NCBI GenBank assembly: GCA_001643675.2
Contig: LSRY02000035.1
Coordinates: forward strand, 186,001 to 250,000
Direction: 5' to 3'
From: Monocercomonoides exilis PA203
Lineage: Eukaryota > Protista > Preaxostyla
DNA: 64,000 bases
The translations under genes were made by a program, and so were the position numbers. Shown piece after piece: positions 36,610 to 55,909 of this stretch. Position 1 is the stretch's first letter, and each line of letters begins with the position of its first letter. The notes under the pieces were generated by a model, which searched no databases, was not told the origin of the DNA, and worked only from the letters and a program-made list of their open reading frames with translations.

Positions 36610-39600
36610 CTACATTTCATTCTCCATCACTTCATTCATGCCAAACTCCTTCCTCTTCGCATCGTACTGCCTCATCTTCAGAACCCTCGTCATCTCCTGC
36701 CACTCCGCCAGATCTCTTTGCCTCGACTGCGCCAGCTGCTCCACCGCCGCCCTCTTCTTCTCACACTCTCTCTGCAACCTCTCGTTCTTCCTCTTCAGTG
36801 CTTCCACTTCTTTCCTTTTTTGCTCCACCGCATAGCTCACTTTCGCTTTCTCCAGCGAGTCCCTCTCTCGTTCCTGCGCCATCAGCTCCAGCGCATTCTC
36901 TGCTGCTTCTTCTGCCCGCTGTGCTGCTTGCATTTCTTTCACTGCTAAGCTTCGTGCAACACGAACCTGTGAAAGCTCGGCTTTTGCAATGCGGAGCGCC
37001 TTTTGGAGGGCAAAGACGGTGGAGCGGGAAGGCTGAGGCTGCGATGGATGCTGCGATAATTGTGTGGGAGCTGAAGAGGAAGAGGGAGAAGAAGAAGAAG
37101 AAGATGATGATGATGATGAAGTGTGAGCAGGTGTCTGCATCGGAGTGGATGAAGAAGGAGAAGAAGTCGGATAAGGAGCATAATATGAAAGTGCAGGAGG
37201 AGGGGGAGGAAGCGGAGATGAAGAAGGGTATTTTGATGGAGGAACAAACGGTGGCTGTTGCATGGGCGGAGGAGGCAAATAGAAAGGAAATGGAAGCAGC
37301 TGTTGCGAAGGTGTACCAGCCAAACGAGAAGAAGACTTTGAATCTGATTGCTTTGCTGACTTACTTTTTGCCTTCGTTTTTGACATCTTCTTTTTCTTTT
37401 TCTTTTTCTTCTGCACTTCTTCATTCTTTCTGTTCTTAGACTCCAACTCAGATGCTTCTGACCTTCTTGTCCTGTTTGTTCTGCTTGTTGCCACACTTCT
37501 TTCATCTTTTGCTTTTATTCCTGGTGTTGGAGTTCGCCTTCTCTGTTGCTTTTTTGCAGTCGCCTTCTTCTTCTTCTTCTTCTTCATTGTTTCCTTCTTC
37601 GATTCCTTCTGATCTAAATAAAATTGTTCCGTCTCTTTTGGAATTGTATTTTCTCTTTGAATGGAAGACGGATCAGCTGCAGTTATCCAACCTAATCGAG
37701 ATTCATCATAATCCTCTTCTTCCATTTCCTCCTCCTCCTCTTCCAATTCTTCCTCTTCTTCTTCTTCCTCCTCCTCCTCATCTTCTTCTTCAGTTTCACT
37801 GCCGTTGTTGTCTTCATCCAACTCTGAGTCACTTTCTTCTTTCTTTTCTGTTATGCCTTTCTTTCTTTGCTTTTTCTCTCCTTCTTTTATCACTTTGAGC
37901 AACGTCTCAATCAACTTCCCTATTCTATCATTTTCTTCGTTTTTGTCTTCATTATCTGTTGATTTCTTCTGTTCTTTTTTGGCTTTCTGCTTTTCGGTGC
38001 CTGCTTTTGCCATCTTTCCGGAAGACTTTTTATAACTTTTATTCTTTTCATCTGCAATTTCTTCTTGCTCCATTCTTTTCGGTGTGTTCTTTTGTGGAGT
38101 TTGCGTCTTTTTATTCAACACGTTTTGTGCGGTTGGAGTATTATGTGCCTTTTTAGAGGAGCTTTTTAGTGTTTTATTTCTTTCTGTGTTTTGAGCGGAA
38201 TTGAAACTTACATCAATCTCTTCTGAATCACTTGAAGAATCACTTGAAGTGCTTGAGTCTTCTTCTCTATCATTATCTCCATCATCTTCTCCTTTTTCAT
38301 CTTCTTCCCTCTTCTCTTCATCATCTTCTGATTCAATTTCCGGTTCATTTTGGATTTTCTGTGAACGTTTAGAGTGTTTTGCTTGCTTTTTTGAAGCAGC
38401 TAATTGCCTTTCATTGTCTGAAAACAGAGGAACTCTTTTGGATGATACGTGTGTTTGAAGTGAGGATGAAAGAAAAGAAGGTGGAGAAGAAGAAGAAGAT
38501 GATGATGACGAAGATGAAGGAGAAGGAAATTGTCTTGATACTTTCTTCTGTGATGGCGTATCTGTTACCGAAAAAGAGGAATTCGGTTTTGAGTTTTCTT
38601 TTTGCTGATTGTGCCTGTTTTGCTGTTCAATCAGCATTTGTCTGAATCTTCTGAATATTTCTTCTGCTTTTCTGCTGTTTTCTTTGTCTTTTTCATCAAC
38701 AAAGCTTTCTTCTTCTTCTTCTTCTTTTTCAACATCATCACCTTCATCTTCGCCATTATCATCATCACCATCTTCATCATATTCCTTTTCTTGTCTTGCT
38801 TGAGATACATTTGATTTCTTATTTTGACTTGTTTTTTTCATTTTACTGTTAACTAGTCTATTCTCTTTCTCTTCACTTTCAGAAGAGCCATCATCTTCTT
38901 CTTCACTTCTGTCATCATTTTCACCATCTTCATCACCAGCATCAATCTCTTTTTCCCTGTCAGCATCATCACCACTTTTGTCCTCCTCTTCCTCTTCCTC
39001 TTCATCATCCTCATTATCTTCTCCATCTATTTTTCCTTCTCTTTCATTATTGCTTGATTCAGAATCTGATTGTTCTTCAGAGCTTTCATCGTCTTGTTTG
39101 GGAAACGAACGAATATTAGAAGAATTTTTTTGCGTTTTTTTGAACGATGAATTTGGAACTTTCTCGTCAAAGTCACCATTTTTGACTTTTCCCTTTTGTT
39201 TGGGCTTTCCTTCATCATCTTCTATCTCCGAAACACTTCGTTTCACTTCAGTTTTTTGCTTGCCTTTTCCTTTTAATGGTTTTTTCTCCATTCTATCATT
39301 TCTTTTCTCTTTTGTATTTTTGCTCAGTTGTGAATCATCTCCTTTCTTTTGACTTAAAGCAGAATTTTGCAATTGTCCAGATAAATGCCTCTCATTTTCT
39401 TTCCTTCCACTTTTTTTAGGTTTTCTTTCAAATTCTTTTTGTGAATGGCTTTTCTCTTTTCCATCTGTTGAAGATGGCAATACTTCATTTTTTGAAGGAG
39501 ACATGCGATAATTCGAAGGGAGAGGAGATGGCGGTGATTGAGCGGTTACAGATGAAGAAGGATCTCTCTTTTTCATTTCGTTGAAAGATGAATGCGAAGA

Positions 39601-40335
39601 TGCTGGTGGTGTTGAAGTAAGTTGCTTGTATGTCGAAAGAATGGCCAAAAAACTTGGAGAAAGAGATTGATCTTGGAACAATGATGATGAATGAGAAGGT
39701 GTCGTTGGCTGCATATTTTCTGATGAATGATGTGCAATCAAATTCGTTTGTTCAATTTCAGATGAACGATTCCTCGAAGCATTTATTTGTTTTGAAGAAG
39801 AAATTGATGATTCTTCTGATATTGAAGATGGCGTAAATGAAGTTAAAGAAGAATAATTGGCTTTTTGACTTGGAAAAGGAGATGCGTTGTGAGGGGATGA
39901 TGTTTTACGTGATGTGTATTCGTTCGAATCTTCATCAAAATGAAATGTGTGTGAAGTTGATTCAGGTGAATGAATCGGTGAAGATACATCAAAAGATGAC
40001 AAAGAACAAGATGAAAGTGATGCTGCAGATGGAGATGTAGGAATTGAAAGGGATGAAACAGGTGGAGGCGGAGGCAATTGACGAACATGCGTTTTGGAAT
40101 AACTTTCATTATTATAATCAGATGATCCTTGCTTCATTTGATATTTATGAGTGTCCAGTTCGTTGCTGGATGCTTGAAAATGAAGACCGCTCGAAGGTGT
40201 CTGCAAAATTCCAGAGTATGTTGGATCAACAGAAGAATGAGTCTGAAAATTTTGCAATGATTCGTCATTCGTCTTATATTGTGATTTTTGAATTTCTGGT
40301 GGGAAAGGACGTGCAAATGTCAAAGGATTTGACAT
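36610..40335 (-). CDS. Uncharacterised 1241-aa intronless low-complexity protein with C-terminal coiled coil
   Basis: One long ORF with Ser-, Glu/Asp- and Lys-rich blocks. The last ~130 aa are helical and heptad-like (ALQKALRIAKAELSQ...LAEWQEMTRVLK). Confidence 0.75.
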   Translation of the reverse strand: MSNPLTFARPFPPEIQKSQYKTNDESLQNFQTHSSVDPTYSGILQTPSSGLHFQASSNELDTHKYQMKQGSSDYNNESYSKTHVRQLPPPPPVSSLSIPTSPSAASLSSCSLSSFDVSSPIHSPESTSHTFHFDEDSNEYTSRKTSSPHNASPFPSQKANYSSLTSFTPSSISEESSISSSKQINASRNRSSEIEQTNLIAHHSSENMQPTTPSHSSSLFQDQSLSPSFLAILSTYKQLTSTPPASSHSSFNEMKKRDPSSSVTAQSPPSPLPSNYRMSPSKNEVLPSSTDGKEKSHSQKEFERKPKKSGRKENERHLSGQLQNSALSQKKGDDSQLSKNTKEKRNDRMEKKPLKGKGKQKTEVKRSVSEIEDDEGKPKQKGKVKNGDFDEKVPNSSFKKTQKNSSNIRSFPKQDDESSEEQSDSESSNNEREGKIDGEDNEDDEEEEEEEDKSGDDADREKEIDAGDEDGENDDRSEEEDDGSSESEEKENRLVNSKMKKTSQNKKSNVSQARQEKEYDEDGDDDNGEDEGDDVEKEEEEEESFVDEKDKENSRKAEEIFRRFRQMLIEQQNRHNQQKENSKPNSSFSVTDTPSQKKVSRQFPSPSSSSSSSSSSSPPSFLSSSLQTHVSSKRVPLFSDNERQLAASKKQAKHSKRSQKIQNEPEIESEDDEEKREEDEKGEDDGDNDREEDSSTSSDSSSDSEEIDVSFNSAQNTERNKTLKSSSKKAHNTPTAQNVLNKKTQTPQKNTPKRMEQEEIADEKNKSYKKSSGKMAKAGTEKQKAKKEQKKSTDNEDKNEENDRIGKLIETLLKVIKEGEKKQRKKGITEKKEESDSELDEDNNGSETEEEDEEEEEEEEEEELEEEEEEMEEEDYDESRLGWITAADPSSIQRENTIPKETEQFYLDQKESKKETMKKKKKKKATAKKQQRRRTPTPGIKAKDERSVATSRTNRTRRSEASELESKNRKNEEVQKKKKKKKKMSKTKAKSKSAKQSDSKSSSRLAGTPSQQLLPFPFYLPPPPMQQPPFVPPSKYPSSSPLPPPPPALSYYAPYPTSSPSSSTPMQTPAHTSSSSSSSSSSSPSSSSAPTQLSQHPSQPQPSRSTVFALQKALRIAKAELSQVRVARSLAVKEMQAAQRAEEAAENALELMAQERERDSLEKAKVSYAVEQKRKEVEALKRKNERLQRECEKKRAAVEQLAQSRQRDLAEWQEMTRVLKMRQYDAKRKEFGMNEVMENEM

Positions 40336-40908
40336 TAATATTTTCTTTTTTGGGATATATTGATTTAATTAAATTTTCCAAGTTCAAATTGAAAATATGA
40401 TCAAGATATATATAATAATTTTTTCAATGTGATTGAAATCTGAAGATTCACTAAATCCAATTTTTTGTATATTTTTTAGTAATATTTTTTTAAGTACATA
40501 AACCTTTTGATAATATTTTTTTCATTTGAAAAATAGAAACAAAGATTTAGAAAAACAAAAATGTCATTTGTTTTTAAAAAAAACAAAAAATTAGTGTATA
40601 AAGAATGCGAATGGTGTTAAAAAAAGTAAAATTTATAAAACTTACATATGAATTAACTCTAAAATTCTAATTCTCAAAATGATTTTGAATGTAGATGGGT
40701 GTTAATATTTTACCCTATAAAAAGACATAATAACTTTAAAAGACAACGAAAAATTTAGAATATATCAATATTACGATCAACTTAAAGTTAATTGAATGCA
40801 ATACATAATACGTTTATTTCTCTGTCTTTGAGTAATTCTTTCAGAAAGCACCTCTTCAAAGAAGCATCACAATTCATGAATTCAAATTCACTTTTAACAT
40901 TCATTTGT

Positions 40909-42287
40909 TCAAATTCCAAATCCGTTCTTCCTTCTCATTGCAACATTGCTTTCCTCAGTGATCATTTTAGCTTGCTTTGGTTCATTTATTTCTATGTTTT
41001 GTATGTTTTGTATTTGTTCTGTCACAATCACTTTTTGCTTGCTATCAGTTTTCTGGCAAGATAACTCAGAACTTTCTTCTTCGTCAGCTTCGCTGTCTCC
41101 TTCATACTCTTCATTTTCCAGCCATTTTCGGATTTTCCTGACAACAATTTTTCCTTCTTCATCCCAATCCGTATTGTGGAGCCCACGTGGAAGGGATATT
41201 AACAACTTTTTTTTCGCAGCTAAATATGTCAAAAATTAATCACCTTTTAAAACTCAAAAAAAATTGAATAATCAATACCAGAGAGTTTGTAAAGCAATTG
41301 AGAATGAAATGAGGGAACAAGACCATCGCACATTCCTTCATATTTATGATGAGTTATTTCAAAAAATAGTTTAATAATGAAAGCATTTAAATGAATATTT
41401 GAATCCAATTTGTACAAAATTTTATTCAAACCTCTAATAAAAACGGTCTTTGTTCGTATATGTGTGATATTTTCTCTGCTATTCCAAACATTGTCGAATA
41501 TGTAATCAATTGCTGGATGAATAATTTTTGGAGCAATAATAGCAGCCATAGCTCGAAGGGACATTGGACTATTCTCAAGAATCAACGTTGTTGCTTTGTC
41601 AGGATGTTGCCTAACATAATCGACTGCAATTGCACCACCAAGTGAATGGCCATAAATCCATAATTCAGAAGCCTTCCCTTGATTCACAAATTCTTGAGCC
41701 AAATCAACAGCTGCATTTACATCTGCCCTAATTCCGTCATGTGTTGGGAATTCATTTTCGGAATGTCCATATCCGCGATAATCAAATGCTAATATATTAA
41801 GATGAAGCTGCTGATTTATTGTGGCTAGCTTAAATGCTCTTGATTCTAAATCTATTAAATTTGATAAAAATCTTTTTTAAAAAAACAAATAAATCATAAA
41901 AAATCAAATACTTCCTGCATTTCCATGACAATAAACCATCAGCGGCTCATTTTTTGTGTACGGTATCCACCAACCTTCCTTATTAATTTATAAAATCAAA
42001 AAATATCTAAAAATAAAAAAATGAAGCATATACCAATTGTTTGCCATCTGAAGTCTTGACATGAATAGTCTCATAAGATGCTATCAAATTTGTTTTCATG
42101 CAACATTATTTTTTAAGAATGCAACTCAAAAATCAAACAAACATCCAAAATATTGTGGATTTAATCTAAAGGGCTTTGTTTCCGGTTGTGGATCGTAACA
42201 AAACACAGCATGAATATACTTCAACACGTTGATTAACACTATATACCCCACCACTCCAAATAAAGAGGCAATAACCAGCTTATTCAT
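40909..42287 (-). CDS. ABHD13: ABHD13/BEM46-like alpha/beta hydrolase with N-terminal TM anchor
   Basis: The spliced product contains YETIHVKTSDG, YCHGNAGN, AFDYRGYGHS, the nucleophile motif IYGHSLGGA, LILENS, GMCDGLVP (Asp) and RGLHN (His). Confidence 0.85.
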
Positions 42288-42376
42288 CCAAAGAATATCT
42301 TATTATTTTATGGTTAGTTTACCATACTTATTTTTATCTTTTAAAGTTTTTTATTTTGCCGCAAGTGTAGTGGCAA
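42288..42376. promoter_or_regulatory. Putative bidirectional promoter between ABHD13 and the FG-GAP gene (89 bp)
   Basis: Divergent ATGs at 42287 (-) and 42377 (+); inferred from geometry only. Confidence 0.45.
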
Positions 42377-45300
42377 ATGTTGCATATTCTCTCTAAGAAT
42401 ACGCATACAATAATATTTACTGCATTATATCTTATTTCTCTGGTGCATACAGCCCAATGGACTTTGTTCCCACAAAGTGGTAATAATGGAGTTTCTTTTG
42501 GATTCCATACACAATTGATAGGACCAGATACTATTGCAGTGCATGGCATGTTTTTTTATCTGTTATTTATTATAATATATGATATATTTTTATTTTTTTA
42601 AGAACAAAACTCTGACACAGAATCAGTTGTTCATTTATTTAAACTGTACATATACGATTGGGTCAAAATTGCTACACTCGTTCCAGAAAATAAAAGCTAT
42701 GGATTCGGAACTTCGCTGTCTTCATCAACAGTTTTTGAAAAAGATGAAACATGCTTAGCAATTGGTTCTCCCTGCCTTTCTCCAAATTATTTGAAAAATT
42801 CAATAGAGACAAATCGTGATTTCTGCACTTCGGTAAATAACAGCTGTAAAGGATCAGTAACGATTGCGTGCCGTAAAAGTGATAGGGGTTTGCACTTTTG
42901 AAAATTTTTAATATGATGATTTTTTTTTGCATGAATGCAGAAGGATGGAGCGTTGTCAAAACAATTGAAGGAAATTCACCATCATTCGGAGCTAGCGTTC
43001 ATTTATCTGATAGTTGGCTTTTTGTTGGATCTCCATGTGAATCAACAGGCAGCAGTAATCAATCAAATTTTCAATCAAACGATTTTCGTGTTGAGCTTCG
43101 AGGAATTCACAATCCAACTCGAGTCAAAGTGATTAATTATCCCGTTGAAATCAAGCGGACGAGATTAATGTACACGAAAGCTCGATTTTACATAGAAAAA
43201 TCGATTCAGAAATTGAAGAATGGACTAAATCTTCTTTTTCACACGATTTCTCAAAGAATCAGCACACTCTGTTCTTTTTCAATCAGAAGAAACAAAAATG
43301 CAAAAATTGAAGATTCTTTTCAGTCTTCATCGGAAGACAGACAAAGAATTGAACTGACAGACAAGATGGTGTTTGATTTGAGAGATGACATTCAACAGCA
43401 AACATTTTCCAAGCAAAATTCACTAAAGCATACAAGAACATCAAAAATCAATGGCAATCCCTATTCTCCAAACACCATAAATACTGATGAGAGTGCAGAT
43501 TCAAATACAAATTATTCAAATGATATGAACAATACAAATGACTCAAATGGCACAAATGATGGAAATGGAAGGGTGTATTGCTATTCTGCTTTAGGTGAGT
43601 TCAATGGTGTCATCACATTCGGGAATTATGCACAGCTGTGGAATAGCCAGCATCAGAATTCTGTGAATGCAGCTTCTGAACCCGAGAAATGTACAACTTC
43701 ATTTAATTCCTCTATTAGCAATAATAAAAGTGAAGTTAATTCAACTTCCATTTTTTCTTCTTTGAATGTCACAGATGACAATCACACAGACATAAACAGA
43801 AGTGTTCAGAAAGCAAACTCCCAGTTGAATTTCACTCCACCTTCGCCTCATTTCGGGATATCTCTTTCTTTCAGTCGCAGCCGTCTTTGCGTTGGCGGCT
43901 TTGATACTCCATTTGTTTCGATCATTCATTTCACTTCGCTTGATTTTCTCGGTGAAAATACAAAGAATTCAGATGAAAGTGAAAGCGAAAGCGAAAGAAA
44001 TAATAATCGAAAAATTAAAAGAGAAGGAGAAGGAAAAAGAGAAAGAGAAAGCTATTCATTGAATTTCTTGTCTCTTGGAGAAGAGCAAGTCAATGAGACA
44101 GCTGAAACAACTGTTTTGTTTGAGAAGGAGCCAGTTGTGAGGTATTTATCACATCCTCTTGTTCTTCTGTCTTATGTCAACAACACTATGTGGAGAGAAA
44201 GAGAAAAAGAGTACCAGGATCCAACAGATCAATTGAATTTTGATGGAATTTCTTCTTCTTCTTCTCCTTCTCCTTCGATTTCTTTCTCTCCCTCACATCT
44301 CCCCAACCAGCCCACCCGAAAGCCTCCTCCTCTTATGTTTGGCCATTCAGTTGCGATGCTCTTTGGAGGAGGAAATGTGATTGTGTCGTGTGCTGGCTGG
44401 GATGGAGGAAATGGAGCAGCAATGCATTTCATATCGCATCTGGTGGATGATTCTATGCTATTCCGTACTCTTTCAGGAAGGAATGGAATGGAGGAATCAG
44501 AATTTGAAGGGAAAAGAGAAGAAGGAGAAGTAGAAAAAAGAGCAAAAAAACAAGGAGACAAAAGAAGCACATTCAATTTGAATGAAGTTAACACACCTGC
44601 TGGTCCTTATGTGGGCACACCGTATTTGTCAGAGATTGTCCGAGAGGAGGAGATACAAACAGCAAACAGCGCAGCAATGGCATTTTCCTCCAGCTCATCC
44701 AGCAATCAGAGGCAAAGCAATGAAGGAGGGTATTTCGAAGGCGAAGAAGACAACTTGTTTTTCGCCTCTTCTATTTCTGCTGACAAAGAATCGCTGGCTG
44801 TGTCGATTGGGTCGCCGTTTCTGGATCCCACAGCAGTGAAGCTGAAGAACTTGGAGAATGTCAAGTTCCCAGATGCTGTTTATAATGATGAAAAAACACA
44901 AAACCGGACGTTTCATTCGAAAAGTGTTCAATTGTCATCATTTTTATCGCAAACTTCTTCTTCTTCAAATATTCCCTTTTCTTCTTCATTCAAAAGGGCT
45001 TCTTTGCCCAAATTCTTCTCTTTCTATTCCTCTCCTTCTGCCGGATGCGCGTTACGGTATCGGATTTTGCTGAAGAAGATGACAAAAAGCGAAGAAAGTG
45101 GAGAGAGGGAGAAGTTGGACAATCAATGGAAAGAATGGCATAAAGCACTTCAGAATGGAGTTTCACAGTATTTCTCATCATCATCATCATCATCATCATC
45201 ATCTTCTTCTTCTTCTTCGTCATCGCAGTTATCATCCTCTTCTTCTTGTTTGCATTCGTCTTCTTCTTCTTCTTCTTCATTCTTATCAACTCAATCACAC

Positions 45301-47467
45301 ATCACTCAAGAAGCCATTTCACAAAACGATACTCAAACATCTGATGAATGTTCCACATTTCACTCTTCTCCAATTTCTTCTTCATCTTCATCTGCTTCTG
45401 CTTCCTCTTCTTCCACATCTTTTTCTTCTTCCTCTCTCTCATCATCCTCTCCCAACAACCCCCCATTCACTCCATCATCTGCCTCAGAGTCTCACTTGTA
45501 TCTTTCTCTCTCGCAACAAGGCAAGATTGTGCCAGGAGGGGCAGACAGCATTTCCTTCTATGTTGTTTCATCGCAGACGAAGACAGCGCAACACAGAGGA
45601 AACTGGATGGTGCTGACAAAGTGTGTTCCCAGAGCAATTATGCCAGATGAGGTGAGGATGGAGATGGGGATGAAGAATGGGCTGAAGACGGCAATGAGGA
45701 AGGAGAAGGAAAAGGAGAAAGAGGAGAAGAAGAGCTATGCGATAATGGATGAAGAAGAAGGAAAAAATGGATATGTGAATGGAAACTTATTACTTAATGA
45801 TTCATGTTATGCTTCAGCAAGCTCAAATTCTTCTTTTTCATCTTTGTTTTTATTGAACAGTTTCAATGACCAATCAAAAGATGTAGCTTTTGAGCCGTTT
45901 GACTGCAAAGTGCATGTTGTGTCTTTGTTTTCGGGTACAAGAGATGATTCAGAATACATGGCAGCCTTCTTCTTCTGCATCATTCTCAGTGGAATCACAC
46001 TTATTCGTATGATTTTTATTTTTATATTTATTTTTATTAATTTTTGATGTTATTATAATTTAATGAATTATATTTAAATATCTTTATTTATTTGTATCTA
46101 TTTCCATCAAATTTATTGCTTATAAATTGATTTTCAATGAAAATTCTATTCTTCATTGGCTTCGTTTCATCAGTTTTCGCGATCACAAGTCGGGTTTGTG
46201 CATTTGCAGCTTCCATTCTTGGTTCATATTATTGATAAAACTATACTTTTTCTTTCTTTCTTTTTCTCCATATAATTGTGAAACTCTTTTCTTTTCTATG
46301 TAAAATGGCCTCAACATTCAATAAAAAATTGGATATATTTTTCTTTCTGCCCTTTCTTTTCTTTCTTTCTTTTCTTTTTTTCCTTTTATTTAATTTCATT
46401 TTTTTCTTCTTTAGTGCATCATTCCTCGAATGGGGATTATACCAATAGCACAAATCAGGTTTGCGCAAATGGGAGAAGAAGAAGGAGGAGAAGCAGAAGA
46501 AGAGGAAGGAGAAGGAGAAGGAGAAGAAGGAAATCAAAGAGGAAGAAATAGAAGAAGGCGAAGAAACAGAAGAAGAGACAGGAGGAGGAGAAGAAGAGAG
46601 ATGAGAGAAAGAAGAAGAGAGCAGGAGGAGTTGAATGAGGAAGCAACAGAAGTGGAAGGAGGAAGAGAAGAAGATGACAGCGATGATGATGATGATGACG
46701 ACGACTACGATGAAAGTAACAGTGGAAGAGAAAATGACAATGCAGAAGGAAATTCAAATGGAAGAGCAGGCAGAACAGGAGCAAGAAGTGGGGATGCTGA
46801 TGAATCAAGGAACGGAGAAAGAGGAAATAAAGAGGAAGAAATGAATGATTATGCGAATGAAGAAATTCCTCAAGTTCTGATAACAGAAGATGAAGTGAAC
46901 GATTACAGTAATAATGATAATAATAACGATGCAAACAATTACACAGGGAATATGAAGGAAGATGAGTATGGAGTCAGCATTGAGATGGAGGAGGACACAG
47001 ATGCTCTTTTGCCTGATGCGACGAATTCAGCGATGACAACAACGAAAGAGAAGCCGAATGGGATTGTTCGAAGCAGTCTGCGAACGCAACTGCAAGCAAA
47101 AGAAGAGAAAGCGAAGAAGCAGGAGAATTCTGGAAGAAATGTGTTGCCGGCTTCATCAACAACATCTTCTTCTTCTTCTTCTGTTTCTACTGCTGCTGCT
47201 TCTTCTTTGTCTTTGTCGTCTTCTTCACTTCAAACTCAGATTTCTCAAGAGCCAACACGTGAACAACTCAGAAACTTGCTGTTAAGTTCTGTGATTCGAA
47301 CACAAGAGAGAGAAAAGGAAAGAGAAAAGGAAAGAGAAAGAGAAATGCAAAATGAAGGAAATGGATTGACTTCTGTGGACTTGAATGAAGAACATCAGAT
47401 TGGATTCTCAAGGAATGATACAGAAAGCCCAGGGGTTGGATTTGATATGCACAATGCAAAAATATAA
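42377..47467 (+). CDS. Type I membrane protein with signal peptide, 6-7 FG-GAP-like beta-propeller repeats, one TM helix and an acidic/Arg-rich cytoplasmic tail
   Basis: Exons 42377-42545, 42603-42887, 42941-46006, 46174-46193 and 46415-47467. Repeats include SFGFHTQL, GFGTSL..LAIGSP, SFGASVHL..LFVGSP..GRVY, HFGISLS..LCVGG, MFGHSVA..G.A and FFASSIS..SIGSP. TM: MAAFFFCIILSGITLILFAI. Confidence 0.68.
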
Positions 47468-48230
47468 AATTAAAGTTGAAGAGGTAAAATTTAGGTAGAA
47501 ATTATTTTTGTTATTTTTTCGTAACAAAAAAGGAGGTGGAAATTATTTTTCATTGCTTCAGAAATATGATTGGTATTTATTATTCTCCTGATTTTCTTTT
47601 TATTTATTTATAAGCATTATTATTATTCATGTTATGCAAAGATTTTAAGAAAAATGGATTCTTCTTTTATTTTATTTTTTAATTTTTTATTTTTTTCTGA
47701 TTGAATTATCAATCATTAAGTAATTGTTTTTTATTTAAATCTCAATTCAATAAATAAACATTAGAATTATACACACAAGTGAAATGGAAAAGAAAAATAA
47801 TAAGTGAGAAAACAAATGATTAAAAATAGATAAATAAATAAAAATATTATTAAACAATTGAAAAAAAAATAAAAATCAGAAATAAAGAAAGCATAATTTT
47901 TCATTGAATAGCTTCAAACAATTTGAAATAAGAAGGAAAGGAAAAGAAAAGAATGATAAAAAAATATGTGTATTGAAATAAACAACAGCTTGCAGGATAA
48001 ATAACACAACGCACTATCAAACAGATTAGCACAAAAATAAAAAAAAAGAAATGAAGAATTCATTAAAAAGCTGCATAAAAAATGTAATTCAATAATGGTG
48101 TGGTGGAGTGAATTATTTATTTATTTATTTTATTTTATTTTATTTTATTTAACTTTATTTATTTATGAATAAAAATATTGATTCAACTGATAACTCTATT
48201 GTTCAATCATCAATCAAATCAATCTTGCTC

Positions 48231-54213
<5,983 letters not shown>

Positions 54214-54250
54214 CGAGAATTTTTCTTGTTAGATAGTGGGATGATCAAAA
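54214..54250. promoter_or_regulatory. 37-bp interval between divergent WDR48 and LEO1 start codons (overlapping or ultra-compact promoter)
   Basis: ATG at 54213 (-) and ATG at 54251 (+). Start codons are unverified. Confidence 0.45.
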
Positions 54251-55909
54251 ATGGAACAGGACGAAAACTCTCAGCTCCTTGAAATTCCGATCGTAACTAA
54301 ACTTCCAACTCAATCTTTAAGCTTATTTAAATCGTCTCCTGCACTTCTAATCAATCCACGTCCATTTTGTCCAGAAATATTTCATGAAGAATATGGTTTT
54401 TATGCTCAGAACGCTGAAGCCCGTCAGAAAATTCAAAGACAAATTAGATGGAGATTTGTCAAAGGAGAAGATGGAGTTTATCGTGTATGTATCTCATAAG
54501 TTTCAGTAATTCTTCTTAATTGTTATATTTTTGATATTTATAATATTTTTGTGATTAACTACTAAGCGACAATCAAACACCCATTTAATCACATGGGATG
54601 ATAATTCAGCAAGTCTATTTGTTGGAGACGAATGTTTTGATTTGACATTGGCGGTTTACTTTTTAAATTATTGTAGTTTTATTTTTTGAAATTATAATAT
54701 GAACACATTTGTTTCAACTAACATTTTAAGCCAATTGATTCCCAACGAGAGCATTTGTTTGTTAGTCGTTCTACTGTTTTAAGAGCAGTTGGAAGATTGG
54801 ATGCAAAAGTTACTGCGAGACCTGCTGTCAAAATTGGAGAGTTTGTTATATTTTGTTGCATTTTTTAATATATATTTTAAATACCTTTAATTCATTGTTT
54901 GACTTCGTAAAATAAATATAAAGAACTTCAAAGAGAATCTCGGAAGAATTGTCAGTGAAGTTTAAAGATGATTCAAAAACTCTTTCAACAAGTTCAGCTG
55001 TTGATCCTGAAGAAAAGAAACGAGAGCTTTTGGCGGTTTGTTAAATTCTACGAGTTTCACAATTATCATAATTGTCTTAAAATTCAAACTATGTTTTGTG
55101 ATTTTTTTTCTTTTTCTTTTTCTTTTTCTTTTAGACTGAAGGTCGTCGGAGTAAAGGACTTGCACTTTTGAAAGAAAAGCAGAAAATAGAGATGGAAGAG
55201 GCAATGGCCGCAGAGCATAACGAGTCGTCGATGGAGGAAGACATGGATCAGAGTCCTAAACTGCGGGACTCTGATGATGAAGATGGAGATGCGACGTTTC
55301 AAGCAGAGGCTGAGGATCATGATGAGGATGATGATAACAGCGAGGAAAACTCAGATGAGCTGGAGGATGAGGAAGAGGATGAGGAAGGGAGAAGAGGAGG
55401 AAGGAGAAAATCAAAGAAAGGCAAAAAAGCGAAATCCACTTCAAAAAGAGCTAAAAGCACGGGAAGAAAGAAGACGACAAGGAAGAAGCAAACAAGTGTG
55501 TTTAGACATTACATTTTAATTAAATAATTTTATGAAAATCTCCATTTCCTTTGTTTTATGTGCGAATGAACTTTTATTATTATAAATATTTTTTTTAATT
55601 TTTTCTTTCAATTTTTGTGCAATCTTGATTTATTAAATTTCCTATCTATTCAACCAAATGATATTTCCACCTCAACCAGAAAAAACATCAAAATCTGGTG
55701 CAAAGAAAGGGAAGAAGAAGAAAGCGAAGAAGAGGAAGAATTCTTACTCAGACGATGAAGATGATTCTCCGTTTGTGCGGTCAGACGAGGAAGATGAAGA
55801 GATGGGCGGTGACTCAGAACAAGACTATCAGGAAGAAATGGATGAGTCGTTTTCTGATGAAGCAGACGACACAGGAGATGAGGATTATGATGAAGACAAT
55901 CTCGAGTGA
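54251..55909 (+). CDS. LEO1: LEO1, PAF1 complex subunit
   Basis: Six exons give INPRPFCPE..RQIRWR..RQSNTHLITWDDNSASLFVGDECFDL..EHLFV..DPEEKKRELL, the Leo1-domain pattern IRWR..SN...W.D.S.SL..G.E.FD. An acidic/basic tail follows. Confidence 0.85.
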
